This document shows, in pieces, positions 38,547-47,922 of a stretch of DNA of 64,000 nucleotides. The translations under genes and the position numbers were made by a program. The notes under the pieces are model-generated. The model saw nothing but the letters and a program-made list of their open reading frames with translations. It had not been told where the DNA came from and searched no databases. Position 1 is the stretch's first letter, and every line of letters begins with the position of its first letter. This DNA is from Pseudomonadota bacterium (GTDB lineage Bacteria > Pseudomonadota > Alphaproteobacteria > Rhodobacterales > Rhodobacteraceae), in contig JBCCHW010000001.1 of assembly GCA_039028555.1 (NCBI GenBank), positions 10,589 through 74,588 on the forward strand. The letters are read 5' to 3'.

Positions 38547-39533
38547 TCACGGACGCGGAATTCCCAACGCGTCGGGGCTCTTCACGGAGTCACCAGCGTC
38601 ATGCAGAAGCCAGGCATTCAGTTGGATAGACGGCCAGACCTTTTCCAGCGCTTCCTCGCCCATGTGAACGGTCATCAGCGAGCCACGACCTTCAGTGTAC
38701 TCCGCCAAAGCTGCGGAATCCGCGAGACCGGCCCACGCCGCTTCGATCTTGGCCGACACATCGTCTGGGACATCGCCCGGCACGAAGACACCAAAATAGA
38801 TCGGCGCGACCGGCACTTCCGGCAATGCGCCCGAGATCGACGGAATAGCTCCAACGCCCGGCACATCCGCGTCGCCATCCGACAGAACGGCAATCGGCTT
38901 CAGTTTGCCGCCTCGTAGCATGTCGATCTGCTCAGAGATCAACTGCGTCGTGGCGTCCGTTTCGCCCGAAACAGTGGACAAGACGGCATTCGCACCGCCG
39001 TCATAGGTCGCGTGGATGTAAGAGCCGCCAACGGTGCCGGAAATGGCTTCGATCGCCGAGTGACCGGCCGAGTTGACGCCTGACGTACCGACTTTCAGTC
39101 CACCTGCTTTCAGAGCGGCCACAAAGTCGTCCAGAGTGTTGATATCGGAATTCGCAGGGACAGAGATCACGCTCGCCAAAGCAGAGTTGAGGTAGAGGTC
39201 CCAGTCCTTGATCGACGTATCCATCTTGCCCGTCACAGCATAGGTGCCAAGGTCCTTTGCGGCGCCCGCCGTCCAGGTATACCCGTCGTGCGGGGCGTCC
39301 CAGGTCGCCTGGCTTCCCAGAGAGCCGGAAGCTCCCGGCTGGTTCACCACGACCACACTTTGACCAAGCGCTCCCTCGAGTTCAGCCGCGACGACGCGTG
39401 TCACCTGGTCGGTCGCCCCTCCCGCGCCCCAGGGCACAATCAGTTGGATTGGCTTTTCAGGCCATTCTGCAAGCGCGGATCCGGCAAGCAAAACTGCCAC
39501 TATCGCACCTGTAAACATATGTGAATGTTTCAT
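38547..39533 (-). CDS. TctC/Bug family periplasmic binding protein
   Basis: Signal peptide; WPEKPIQLIVPWGAGGATD, VVNQPGASG and DGYT. Confidence 0.93.
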   Translation of the reverse strand: MKHSHMFTGAIVAVLLAGSALAEWPEKPIQLIVPWGAGGATDQVTRVVAAELEGALGQSVVVVNQPGASGSLGSQATWDAPHDGYTWTAGAAKDLGTYAVTGKMDTSIKDWDLYLNSALASVISVPANSDINTLDDFVAALKAGGLKVGTSGVNSAGHSAIEAISGTVGGSYIHATYDGGANAVLSTVSGETDATTQLISEQIDMLRGGKLKPIAVLSDGDADVPGVGAIPSISGALPEVPVAPIYFGVFVPGDVPDDVSAKIEAAWAGLADSAALAEYTEGRGSLMTVHMGEEALEKVWPSIQLNAWLLHDAGDSVKSPDALGIPRP

Positions 39534-39562
39534 TTTTTCCTCCTAAATTGGATCTTTCTTGT

Positions 39563-40579
39563 TCATTGTTCCAGGTTTCCCAGCCTCTTGGCGTTTGCCT
39601 GTACCTCTATTGCCAGCCGCATGACGGTTATGGTTCTTTGTTGTGGAATGGCGGTTTGTGTTCGGTTTTCGACATCTTGTTTGAGGTTTGCGAAGTACGG
39701 CGTGCCCGCGCCTGATGCGTCGATGCGTTCGCAGGTTGTTCCGTTGACCAGAAAAACGTGATCGGTGCCCGCTTGGCCTGCGATATCCATGTACTTGCGA
39801 ACTTCGACAAAGCCCTCGGTTCCGGTCAGTATCAACCGTCCGTCGCCCCAATTGGGGGCGGCATCGGGCGTGAACCAGTCAAGCCTGACGTAGCCCTGAA
39901 CGTCGCCCGCTGTCAGGTTCATCTCGCCAAAGTCCTGAAACTCCGGATGGCCGGGCGTTGCCATGTTGGCGATGGTCGCGCGGGTGATCTCTGCCGTATC
40001 GGCGCGGGCGAAGTGGAGAAACTGGTCAATCTGATGGGTGCCGATATCGGCCAGAATGCCACCATACTGCCGAGGCTCCCAAAACCAGTCAGGCCGCATA
40101 TGGGCGTTGAGCCGATGCGGACCTTGGGAGAGGATGTGGATCAGTTTGCCGATCCGCCCTTGGTCAAGAAGCTGGGTAGCAAGCGTAGAGGCGGGCACCT
40201 CGAACCGTTCCGAGAAATTCACCGACCAGATGCGACCTGTCTCGGCGATGGTGGCCTCGATTTCTTCCAGTTCGGCCAGCGTCAGACAGCCGGGCTTATC
40301 GAGCATCACGTCCTTGCCTTGTCGCATGGCCTGAAGCGACAACGCCGCGCGCTCGGCAGGCGGGGCCGCGATCAACACCAGCGCGATGCTGTTGTCACTC
40401 AGGATGGCATCCAGTTCCAGCCGCGGCACATCGGGGAAGCGTTTGGCAAAGCCTGCCATGGGTTGCGGTTCGCCTTCGGTCCAATAGCCCGCGAAGGTGC
40501 AGCCTGAATCAATCATGCCCTGTGACATGCCGTAGATATGGCGGTGGTCGAGACCGAGGGCGGCGAATCGAAGGCTCAT
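39563..40579 (-). CDS. Gfo/Idh/MocA oxidoreductase
   Basis: GLDHRH, GKDVMLDKP, FSERF, GGILADIGTHQID and WFTPD. Confidence 0.9.
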   Translation of the reverse strand: MSLRFAALGLDHRHIYGMSQGMIDSGCTFAGYWTEGEPQPMAGFAKRFPDVPRLELDAILSDNSIALVLIAAPPAERAALSLQAMRQGKDVMLDKPGCLTLAELEEIEATIAETGRIWSVNFSERFEVPASTLATQLLDQGRIGKLIHILSQGPHRLNAHMRPDWFWEPRQYGGILADIGTHQIDQFLHFARADTAEITRATIANMATPGHPEFQDFGEMNLTAGDVQGYVRLDWFTPDAAPNWGDGRLILTGTEGFVEVRKYMDIAGQAGTDHVFLVNGTTCERIDASGAGTPYFANLKQDVENRTQTAIPQQRTITVMRLAIEVQANAKRLGNLEQ

Positions 40580-41610
40580 GTCACGCCCTCCACTGCTGCC
40601 ACCGTGCCGGACTTGGCCGAGCGCTCTATCGCGTCAATCAGCCGATGCACGCCTAACGCTTCGCGGCCCGTGATCCGGGGAGGGCGGTTTTCGCGCAGAG
40701 CGCCCGCAAAATCGGCGATCAGGTCGCGGTGCCAGTCACAAGGGAAGTCCATCGGATCGCTGCCACCGCCGGTGCCGGTGACTTCGCCCACGGATTCGGT
40801 GTGCCCGTCGCGCCAGTGGATGACCAACTCTCCGGCGGTAAGTCGCACTGCGGCGTGTTCGCAATCAAGGATCAGCGTTTCGGCATCGCCCGGAAAGGCC
40901 GAGGTCGTGGCGACCACCGAACCGATTGCGCCGTTTTCAAATCGAAGGCCGGCTGTCGCGAAATCCTCGGCCTCCATCTGGTGTAGACCGGTTGTGCCGA
41001 TCATCGCTGAAACTTCTGTCACTGGACCGGTGAGGCTCAGCATCAGGTCCAAAACATGGATCGCCTGGGTCAGGAGAACACCACCGCCATCCATTGCATA
41101 GGTGCCGCGCCCGGGCTGGTCGTAATACGACTGTTCGCGCCACCAGGGCAGCGTCACCCGTGCCATGTGCAGGCGTCCTGCCTTGCCGCTGCCGATCAAC
41201 TCGGCCAGCGCTTCCGCTCCGGAGCGGAAGCGGTGCTGCAGGACCAGGCCCAGAGGCACGTCCGCCCCCTCGCATGTCTCTACAATCCTTATGGCGCGGG
41301 CCAAATCACGCTCTACCGGCTTCTCCATCAGGATGGCTTTGCCGGAATTCGCCAGTACCTGGACAATCTCGGCCCTTGCATTGGGCGGCGTGATGATGAT
41401 CGCGCCATCGACATCGCTGGCCGCCAGAGCGTCTATGTCATCAAAGATCGGCCAGCCCCAAGCCGCAGAAACCTCTTCACGCCGTTGTTGAGACCTGGCG
41501 TAGAGGCCCGTGACCTCGACCCCTGGCGCGAGTTGCTTCAACGCTGCCATGTGGGGCTTCGATGCCATACCAAGGCCGATTACAGCCAGTTTGACGGGAC
41601 GTTCAGGCAT
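40576..41610 (-). CDS. Gfo/Idh/MocA oxidoreductase
   Basis: AVIGLG, TPP, MEKP, QHRF and DGGGVLLTQAIHVLD. Confidence 0.9.
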   Translation of the reverse strand: MPERPVKLAVIGLGMASKPHMAALKQLAPGVEVTGLYARSQQRREEVSAAWGWPIFDDIDALAASDVDGAIIITPPNARAEIVQVLANSGKAILMEKPVERDLARAIRIVETCEGADVPLGLVLQHRFRSGAEALAELIGSGKAGRLHMARVTLPWWREQSYYDQPGRGTYAMDGGGVLLTQAIHVLDLMLSLTGPVTEVSAMIGTTGLHQMEAEDFATAGLRFENGAIGSVVATTSAFPGDAETLILDCEHAAVRLTAGELVIHWRDGHTESVGEVTGTGGGSDPMDFPCDWHRDLIADFAGALRENRPPRITGREALGVHRLIDAIERSAKSGTVAAVEGVT

Positions 41611-42910
41611 GGTCCAGATCCTCCAACGCGGCCAACAAGCCATTCTCTGAAATCGCCCGCAGATTGGACGCGGTCACCTCACGGAACGTTTGTTCTGCGG
41701 TCAGTTCCTTTGGTACCAGATTGGGCAAGGCAAACAGCGCACCGACACGGGCCTCGGGCGCGTTGGGAAGCGCGTCGAGCTCCGCTTCACGGGGGTCTCT
41801 CAACGCGTGTGTCCGGCCTGCGTCGGTACGACCGCCCAGATACCTGAGCCAGCAAGCTGTTGCGAAGGCGAAGGGCGCTGCGTCTTGCCCGCGCCTTATT
41901 GCCTCCAAGGCCGGCGCGAAGATGCGTTGGGGCATCTTCTGGCTGCCATCCATGGCGATCTGATAGGTTTCATGGGCGATATGTGGATTTCGGAACCGGG
42001 CGAGCAATGCGTCGCGATAGCCTTTGGGATCGAGGCCCGGCGTGGGATCTATTGTTGCTGCTGCCGCATCCATATGACGGGCAACCATTTGGGCGAGTGC
42101 CGCATCAGCCATGACATCGCGCACGTAACGTTTGCCCGAAACATGCCCGGCGTATGCCAGCATTGAGTGTGCACCGTTGAGCAACCGCAGCTTCATGCGC
42201 TCGTAAGGTGCAACATCTGATACCATTTGCGCCCCGGCTTTTTCCCAAGTGGGGCGCCCGGCGGCAAAATCGTCCTCGACCACCCACTGGGTGAATGTCT
42301 CGGTTTCCACCGGGATCTGATCCTGGAAGCCGGTTTCCCGCGCCACCTCGGCGCGCAACCCGGGCGTTGTCGCAGGGGTGATCCGGTCCACCATGGTCGA
42401 GGGAAAACGCACATGCTCGGCGATCCAGTCCTTGAGCGCCGGATCGGAGACGGCTTTGAGGACATTGGCGCGGAGCACGGCACCATTGGCGGAGAGGTTG
42501 TCGCAGGACAACAGCGTGACACCGGTCATACCCGCTTCTTTGCGTGCTTGCAGGGCTTCGACCAGAAGGGTGATTGCGCTGTCTGCATCAAACGGCGGAG
42601 CATATCCCTTTTCGGTGATGGTCAGGCTGATGATCTTGGTTTCGGCCCGGGTCAATTCCTCCATAATCGGGCGGCGACCATATGCATCTGACAGAGCGCT
42701 TGGCATCGAGGTTATCACGCGGTAGTTGGTGCCAGACGACCCGCGCGTGACCAGCGTATAGCGTCCTTTCTGCGCGTTCAGCCCATCCACAAAAGCCGCG
42801 CTTCGCAGGCTGACGCCCGTGATGTGCCAACCATCGCCGGCATCCTGCGTGTAAACCGCCTGATGGGCGCGGTGAAACGCGCCGGGGCCGATATGCACGA
42901 TGCGGCTCAC
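41603..42910 (-). CDS. uxuB: D-mannonate oxidoreductase (mannitol dehydrogenase family)
   Basis: IVHIGPGAFHRAHQA, TITEKGY, SCDNL, MVDRITP, KLRLLNGAH and DGSQK; follows uxuA. Confidence 0.85.
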   Translation of the reverse strand: MSRIVHIGPGAFHRAHQAVYTQDAGDGWHITGVSLRSAAFVDGLNAQKGRYTLVTRGSSGTNYRVITSMPSALSDAYGRRPIMEELTRAETKIISLTITEKGYAPPFDADSAITLLVEALQARKEAGMTGVTLLSCDNLSANGAVLRANVLKAVSDPALKDWIAEHVRFPSTMVDRITPATTPGLRAEVARETGFQDQIPVETETFTQWVVEDDFAAGRPTWEKAGAQMVSDVAPYERMKLRLLNGAHSMLAYAGHVSGKRYVRDVMADAALAQMVARHMDAAAATIDPTPGLDPKGYRDALLARFRNPHIAHETYQIAMDGSQKMPQRIFAPALEAIRRGQDAAPFAFATACWLRYLGGRTDAGRTHALRDPREAELDALPNAPEARVGALFALPNLVPKELTAEQTFREVTASNLRAISENGLLAALEDLDHA

Positions 42911-44112
42911 TCGAACGTGCCTTCGAGCGCTTTGACAACGCCCCGCAACTCGGCCAACCCGCGCAACCGCCCGGTCAGCGGGTAGCCGGGTTGTTGCTTG
43001 CGGCTTAGATCGTTCGCCATCGCCTGCCCATGATCAGGGCGCATTGGGATCGACCAATCGGCACGGCCCTGCGCCTTGCGCCGTTTTTCCTCTGCCAGAA
43101 CTGCCCGCAAAAGCGCGACCATATCGGTGTCACCTTCCAGGTGCGCAGCCTCATGGAAACTGCCGGGAAAGCGATGATCCTCCCGCGTGACATTGCGCAG
43201 ATGCAGGAAATGAACCTTTTCGCCCAAGCGCGCCATCATACCCGGCAGATCAACTTCAGGGTTCACACCCAGCGAGCCGGAACAGAGCGTGATGCCGTTT
43301 GCCGGGCTGTCGGCGGCAGAGGTGAGCGCGGCATAGTCACCCTCGGTCGACACGATGCGTGGCAGCCCAAGCAGCGGAAATGGCGGGTCATCTGGGTGAC
43401 AGCAGAGGAGGATGCCAAGCCGTTCAGCAACGGGCACAACTTCTTGCAAAAAGGCGGCGAGGTTGGCGCGCAACTGTTCGGGCGATATCGTGTTGTAGCT
43501 GTCGAGCAGCGTCCGGAAGCCATCGAAGCTGAGTTCCTGATTGGCCCCCGGCAGACCCTTGGTGATGTTGGCCATCAACTTTTTGCACGCGTCTTCGTTC
43601 ATCGCGCCGCGGCGGGCGCGAGCGGCCTCGACGACCTCTTCAGGGAAATCCTCCGCCGCCCCGGGCCGTTCCAGCACGAAGATGTCGAAAGCGGCAAAGT
43701 CGATCAGGTCGAAGCGCATACAGGTGGACCCGGTCGGAGTTACATGGGCCAGTTCGGTGCGCGTCCAGTCAAGCACCGGCATGAAGTTGTAGCAGACGAC
43801 CGTCAAACCGGCTTGCGCGAGGTTCTCGAGGCTCTGCTTGTAAGCGGCGAAATGGGCCTTCCAGTTACCGTCTTGCTTCTTGATCTCTTCCGAGACTGGA
43901 AGACTTTCGACGACGCCCCACGAGATGCGCGAGGGCGTACCGTCGCTGCGATGCGCGATTTCAGCCTGCCGTTTGGCAATTTCGCCTGCACACCAGACCG
44001 CGCCATTCGGGATATGGTGCAGTGCGGAAACGATGGCGGTAGCGCCGGCCTGCTCCACCTCTTCGATGGATACGGCATCAGAGCGTCCAAACCAGCGCCA
44101 GGTCTGTCTCAT
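42907..44112 (-). CDS. uxuA: Mannonate dehydratase
   Basis: MRQTWRWFG, VVESLPV, CYNFMPVLDWTRT, HPDDPP, HLRNV and MRPDHG. Confidence 0.97.
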   Translation of the reverse strand: MRQTWRWFGRSDAVSIEEVEQAGATAIVSALHHIPNGAVWCAGEIAKRQAEIAHRSDGTPSRISWGVVESLPVSEEIKKQDGNWKAHFAAYKQSLENLAQAGLTVVCYNFMPVLDWTRTELAHVTPTGSTCMRFDLIDFAAFDIFVLERPGAAEDFPEEVVEAARARRGAMNEDACKKLMANITKGLPGANQELSFDGFRTLLDSYNTISPEQLRANLAAFLQEVVPVAERLGILLCCHPDDPPFPLLGLPRIVSTEGDYAALTSAADSPANGITLCSGSLGVNPEVDLPGMMARLGEKVHFLHLRNVTREDHRFPGSFHEAAHLEGDTDMVALLRAVLAEEKRRKAQGRADWSIPMRPDHGQAMANDLSRKQQPGYPLTGRLRGLAELRGVVKALEGTFE

Positions 44113-45521
44113 GCGGCGTCCTCATAACCATAGGCGCGCTTGGGCAGGGTGTAGGCCAGGTCTTTGGCGACCTCCGCCGCCTCGCCCTCAGGCAGCCGGT
44201 GCTCGACGACTTGACGCGCAAGAAACGCACAATCAATCCGCCTTGCCATATCGTGGCGGGCTGCGATCGAAGGAAATGCGCGGGTGTCGTCGTTGAATCC
44301 GACGGTGTTGTAGTAGCCCGCCGTCTCAGTCACCATCTCGCGATACCGCATCATCCCGTCGGGACTGTCAAAAAACCACCAGGCGGGCCCAAGTCGCAGG
44401 CAGGGATAGGCACCCGCGAGTGGGGCAAGCTCGCGGCCATAGGCGGTTTCGTCCAAAGTAAAGAGGATCAGCTTCAAACGTGGATCATGGCCGTGGGCGT
44501 TCAAGAGCGGCCTGAGCGCATCGACATAGTCAGTGGGCCCGGGAATATCGAAACCTTTGTCCGGTCCAAACCGGCTGAAAATCGCGGCGCTGTGGTTTCG
44601 GCGCGAACCGGCATGAAGCTGCATAACCAGCCCGTCGTCCAGGCTCATCCGCGCCATCTCGGTCAACATCTGGGCGCGGAACAGTTCCTTGTCCTCGGCA
44701 CTCGCGTTCGCGGACAAAACGCGTGCCAAAAGCGCCTGGCAATCGCTGCCCGACAAGTCCGCTGTCCGCGCTGTAGGGTGCCCGTGATCTGTTGCAGTCG
44801 CGCCAAGGCTTTTGAAATAGACCCTGCGCTTGCGATGTGCGGCCAAGAGCCCGGTCCAGGTGCTCGTGTCTTCGCCTGCCAATGCGCCCAGCTGTGTGAT
44901 GTTGTACAGGAACCCTTCGGTATCCGGATTGGTCACTTGATCGGGGCGATAGGTCGGCACGACGCGGCCGCACCAACCACTTGCGGCGATTGCTTTGTGG
45001 TGCGCGAGATCATCCAGACAGGAGTCTGTCGTTGACAGCACTTCGATCCCGAACCGCTCATACAGCGCGCGCGGGCGGAACCCATCCTGTTTCAGAACCT
45101 CTGCGATCTGATCATATGTCTGATCAGCTGTCTCAGCGCACAACGGCCGCTGAATGCCGAAGAGTGTCTCCAGCGTATAGTCCATCCACATCCGCACCGG
45201 TGTCGAACGGAAAAGATGGTAGTTCCCTGCAAACCGCCGCCAGATCGTTCGGCTGTCTAGCTCAAACGGCGCGCCATCACGCGACGGCACGCCAAGCTCG
45301 GCATGGGTCATCCCCTGACTGACCAACATTCGAACCACATAGTGATCCGGCACAATCAACAGCTGAGCAGGGTCGGGAAAAGGCCCGTTCTCGGCAAACC
45401 ATGCCGGTTCCGTGTGCCCATGGGGGCAGATCAGCGATAGCTTTTCCACCTCTGCAAACAATCGCCGCGCGACATCGCGCGTCGCCGGATCGGCGGGAAA
45501 GAAACGGTCAGGGTGCGGCAT
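44109..45521 (-). CDS. uxaC: Glucuronate isomerase
   Basis: PHGH, PDHY, TDHGH, MQLH, FDIP, PAWWF and FNDDTRAF...RHD.ARR. Confidence 0.96.
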   Translation of the reverse strand: MPHPDRFFPADPATRDVARRLFAEVEKLSLICPHGHTEPAWFAENGPFPDPAQLLIVPDHYVVRMLVSQGMTHAELGVPSRDGAPFELDSRTIWRRFAGNYHLFRSTPVRMWMDYTLETLFGIQRPLCAETADQTYDQIAEVLKQDGFRPRALYERFGIEVLSTTDSCLDDLAHHKAIAASGWCGRVVPTYRPDQVTNPDTEGFLYNITQLGALAGEDTSTWTGLLAAHRKRRVYFKSLGATATDHGHPTARTADLSGSDCQALLARVLSANASAEDKELFRAQMLTEMARMSLDDGLVMQLHAGSRRNHSAAIFSRFGPDKGFDIPGPTDYVDALRPLLNAHGHDPRLKLILFTLDETAYGRELAPLAGAYPCLRLGPAWWFFDSPDGMMRYREMVTETAGYYNTVGFNDDTRAFPSIAARHDMARRIDCAFLARQVVEHRLPEGEAAEVAKDLAYTLPKRAYGYEDAA

Positions 45522-46215
45522 CAACCGCATCCAAAGCTGAGTTGATATGCTTGGAGACCAGCGCCTTTGACAACTCCGCATCACCCGACTTGATCGCCTC
45601 GACCAAGGCAATGTGTTCATTGAACGCGACGTTGATCCGCTGCGGCAAATGCCCTGTCAGCATGATCCGCGCCCGATCAGTGTGTGACTTTACCGAATGC
45701 GCCAATCGCCAGGCCGCAGGAAGACCCGCAAGGTTGGCCAATTCGGCATGAAAGTGTTCATCTTTGCGGAAGAATTCGATGTGATCGCCATGGCTGACCG
45801 CAACGCTTTGTAGCGCAATGATCGAATCAAGAGGTCGAAGGTCCGGAGGATCAGCCGCCAAAAGTCCGACCACCTCGCGCTCCAAGGCACGGCGAATGAT
45901 GATACCTTCCCGCACTTTGGTGTCGTCAATCGCTGTAACCGTTGTTCCCGATTTGGCCCGGGACTCAATCAGACCGTCCTCGACAAGTTTCTGATAGGCC
46001 TCACGTAGCGGCGTTCGACTGACCTCAAGCGCCTCACTCAATTCCCCTTCGTTCACGGGGTCCTTTGGTTGTAAAACCTCGAGGATGATGGCCAGTCGCA
46101 GCATCTCGTAGATTTGCTGTCCTAGTGGCCGGGATCGGTCGATCCGACCTAGCGACTTCCAGTCAACCTGCCGTGCCGTATGTTTCGTCGTCGCTGAACT
46201 ACTCTTGCGCGCCAT
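45508..46215 (-). CDS. GntR/FCD-family transcriptional regulator
   Basis: HTH LEVSRTPLREA; FCD motifs DEHFH and EHIAL; heads the uxu operon. Confidence 0.92.
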   Translation of the reverse strand: MARKSSSATTKHTARQVDWKSLGRIDRSRPLGQQIYEMLRLAIILEVLQPKDPVNEGELSEALEVSRTPLREAYQKLVEDGLIESRAKSGTTVTAIDDTKVREGIIIRRALEREVVGLLAADPPDLRPLDSIIALQSVAVSHGDHIEFFRKDEHFHAELANLAGLPAAWRLAHSVKSHTDRARIMLTGHLPQRINVAFNEHIALVEAIKSGDAELSKALVSKHINSALDAVDAAP

Positions 46216-47036
46216 ACTCTCTTTCCTGGTTCATGGTATACTTGCATACATGTATTCTAGCAATCAAGAGGGATCTGGGGTTAGCCTCTTTGTGTTTGCT
46301 GTCACTTGAACAGAGCGGCGTTGAAGGCAGGATACCGGATGGCTTGTGGACTCTCGGCTAGACAGCCGCAGGACCAGAACACAGGTCTCCTTCAAAGAGG
46401 CGAAAACTGCCGCTTTCGGTCGCTCTCCCCCACTCCGCCAAGGATCAATCGCCTAGTTGTCGCAAAACGCCCGGCAGGGCCTTTGCGGTTGTGGCGGGTT
46501 TCGGCGCTGCTAGGCATGATCGTCGGATATGCCGGCGCCAGCGCTGACGACCGGAGCCCGGACTCACGGACGGATGTCCTTTCAACCGCCAGAGCGGGAA
46601 AGGTTTTTGCTGACCGGGCAACGGATCGAGATGCATGCGGCCGGATCGGTGGCAAATCTGCGCGTGGCCGACCTGTGCTGTGGTCTGCGGAAACCGCAGG
46701 GATTAGCGGTCTCTTGCGGGCCTTTGGCTTGCGCCGCGGTGAAATAGCGGACAAGGTCATCGCGGATGAAATCAAGAAGCATAGCCGGGTCAACGCATCG
46801 ACCGGTGAACGTGGGCATGGGCAGATTTTGACATTTGCTGGGGGCAGTCAGGGCTTCAAGATCGTGCTTGCGAAGTCGATCTTGATCTTCGCCCTGGGCT
46901 TTAGCCAATCGTCTTGTCGATGTCGTATGCGGTTCAAAGCGGTGTGGGATGGTTCGAAACTTCGGGCGCGTCTCGTCGTCTTTGTCGATCGCATCGCGAT
47001 TGGCGCTGTGCACCTCTGAAACGAAAGGCTGGATCT

Positions 47037-47915
47037 GTGACACAGCAAGACGCCATCGACCGCGCTGCCGCGCTTTCGTGTTTTAACGACCCTGCGGAGA
47101 TCGCGCCGCTTGACGGCGGGATCACGAATGTCAGCCTGACCGTGCAGGACGGCGATCAGCGTTTTGTGGTGCGGTTTGGCGAGGATATTCCTGAACATGG
47201 GGTTCTGCGTTGGAACGAACTGGCGCTCAGCCGTTCTGCCGAACTGGCGGGCATCTCACCTGGCGTGGTGCATCACGAACCCGGGGTGCTTGTCTTGTCG
47301 TTCATCGAGGCGAAGACATTTGCCGAGGCAGATGTCAGAGATCCCGCCAATCTACCGAGTATCATCGATTTGGTCGCCAAGGCGCACCGCGAGCTTGGCC
47401 GGCATCTGATGCAGCCCGTGCTGGCATTCTGGCCGTTTCAGGTGAACCGGACATATGCAGCCAGGCTCGAGGCTGACGGCTCATCCCATCAGGCGATACT
47501 GCCCGAGTTGATGGCAGAACAGGATGTGCTGGAGGATGCGACGGGACCTGTCGACATCATCGTCGGGCATAACGATCTGCTTGCCGCAAACATCCTGGAT
47601 GACGGCACGCGGCTGTGGCTGATCGACTGGGAGTATGGCGGCTTTAACACGCCGCTTTTTGATCTGGCCGGTTTGGCCGGGAACAACGGGCTTTGCGAAG
47701 CTCAGGAAACTGCAATGCTGGAGCAGTATTTTGGCGATTCTTCGGAGTTGCGGTGGCGCGCCTATCAGGCGATGAAATGCGTCTCGCTGATGCGCGAAAC
47801 GTTGTGGTCGATGACGTCCGAGATCAACTCGGAGCTTGATTTCGACTATGCCGCGTACACTGCCGAGAACTTGGACCGTTTGAAATCCGCGCTCGCCGAT
47901 TTCCGCAACACCTGA
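47037..47915 (+). CDS. Choline/ethanolamine kinase-like phosphotransferase
   Basis: GGITN, Brenner motif HNDLLAANIL and LIDWEYGG; GTG start after AAAGG. Confidence 0.88.
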   Translation: MTQQDAIDRAAALSCFNDPAEIAPLDGGITNVSLTVQDGDQRFVVRFGEDIPEHGVLRWNELALSRSAELAGISPGVVHHEPGVLVLSFIEAKTFAEADVRDPANLPSIIDLVAKAHRELGRHLMQPVLAFWPFQVNRTYAARLEADGSSHQAILPELMAEQDVLEDATGPVDIIVGHNDLLAANILDDGTRLWLIDWEYGGFNTPLFDLAGLAGNNGLCEAQETAMLEQYFGDSSELRWRAYQAMKCVSLMRETLWSMTSEINSELDFDYAAYTAENLDRLKSALADFRNT

Positions 47916-47922
47916 GGCCGCA

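Noticed and set aside
46300-47036. Glycine or other riboswitch upstream of the GcvT-family gene
   Set aside because: Conserved glycine aptamer elements (GGAGA...CCGAAG...CTCAGG) were not found in order.
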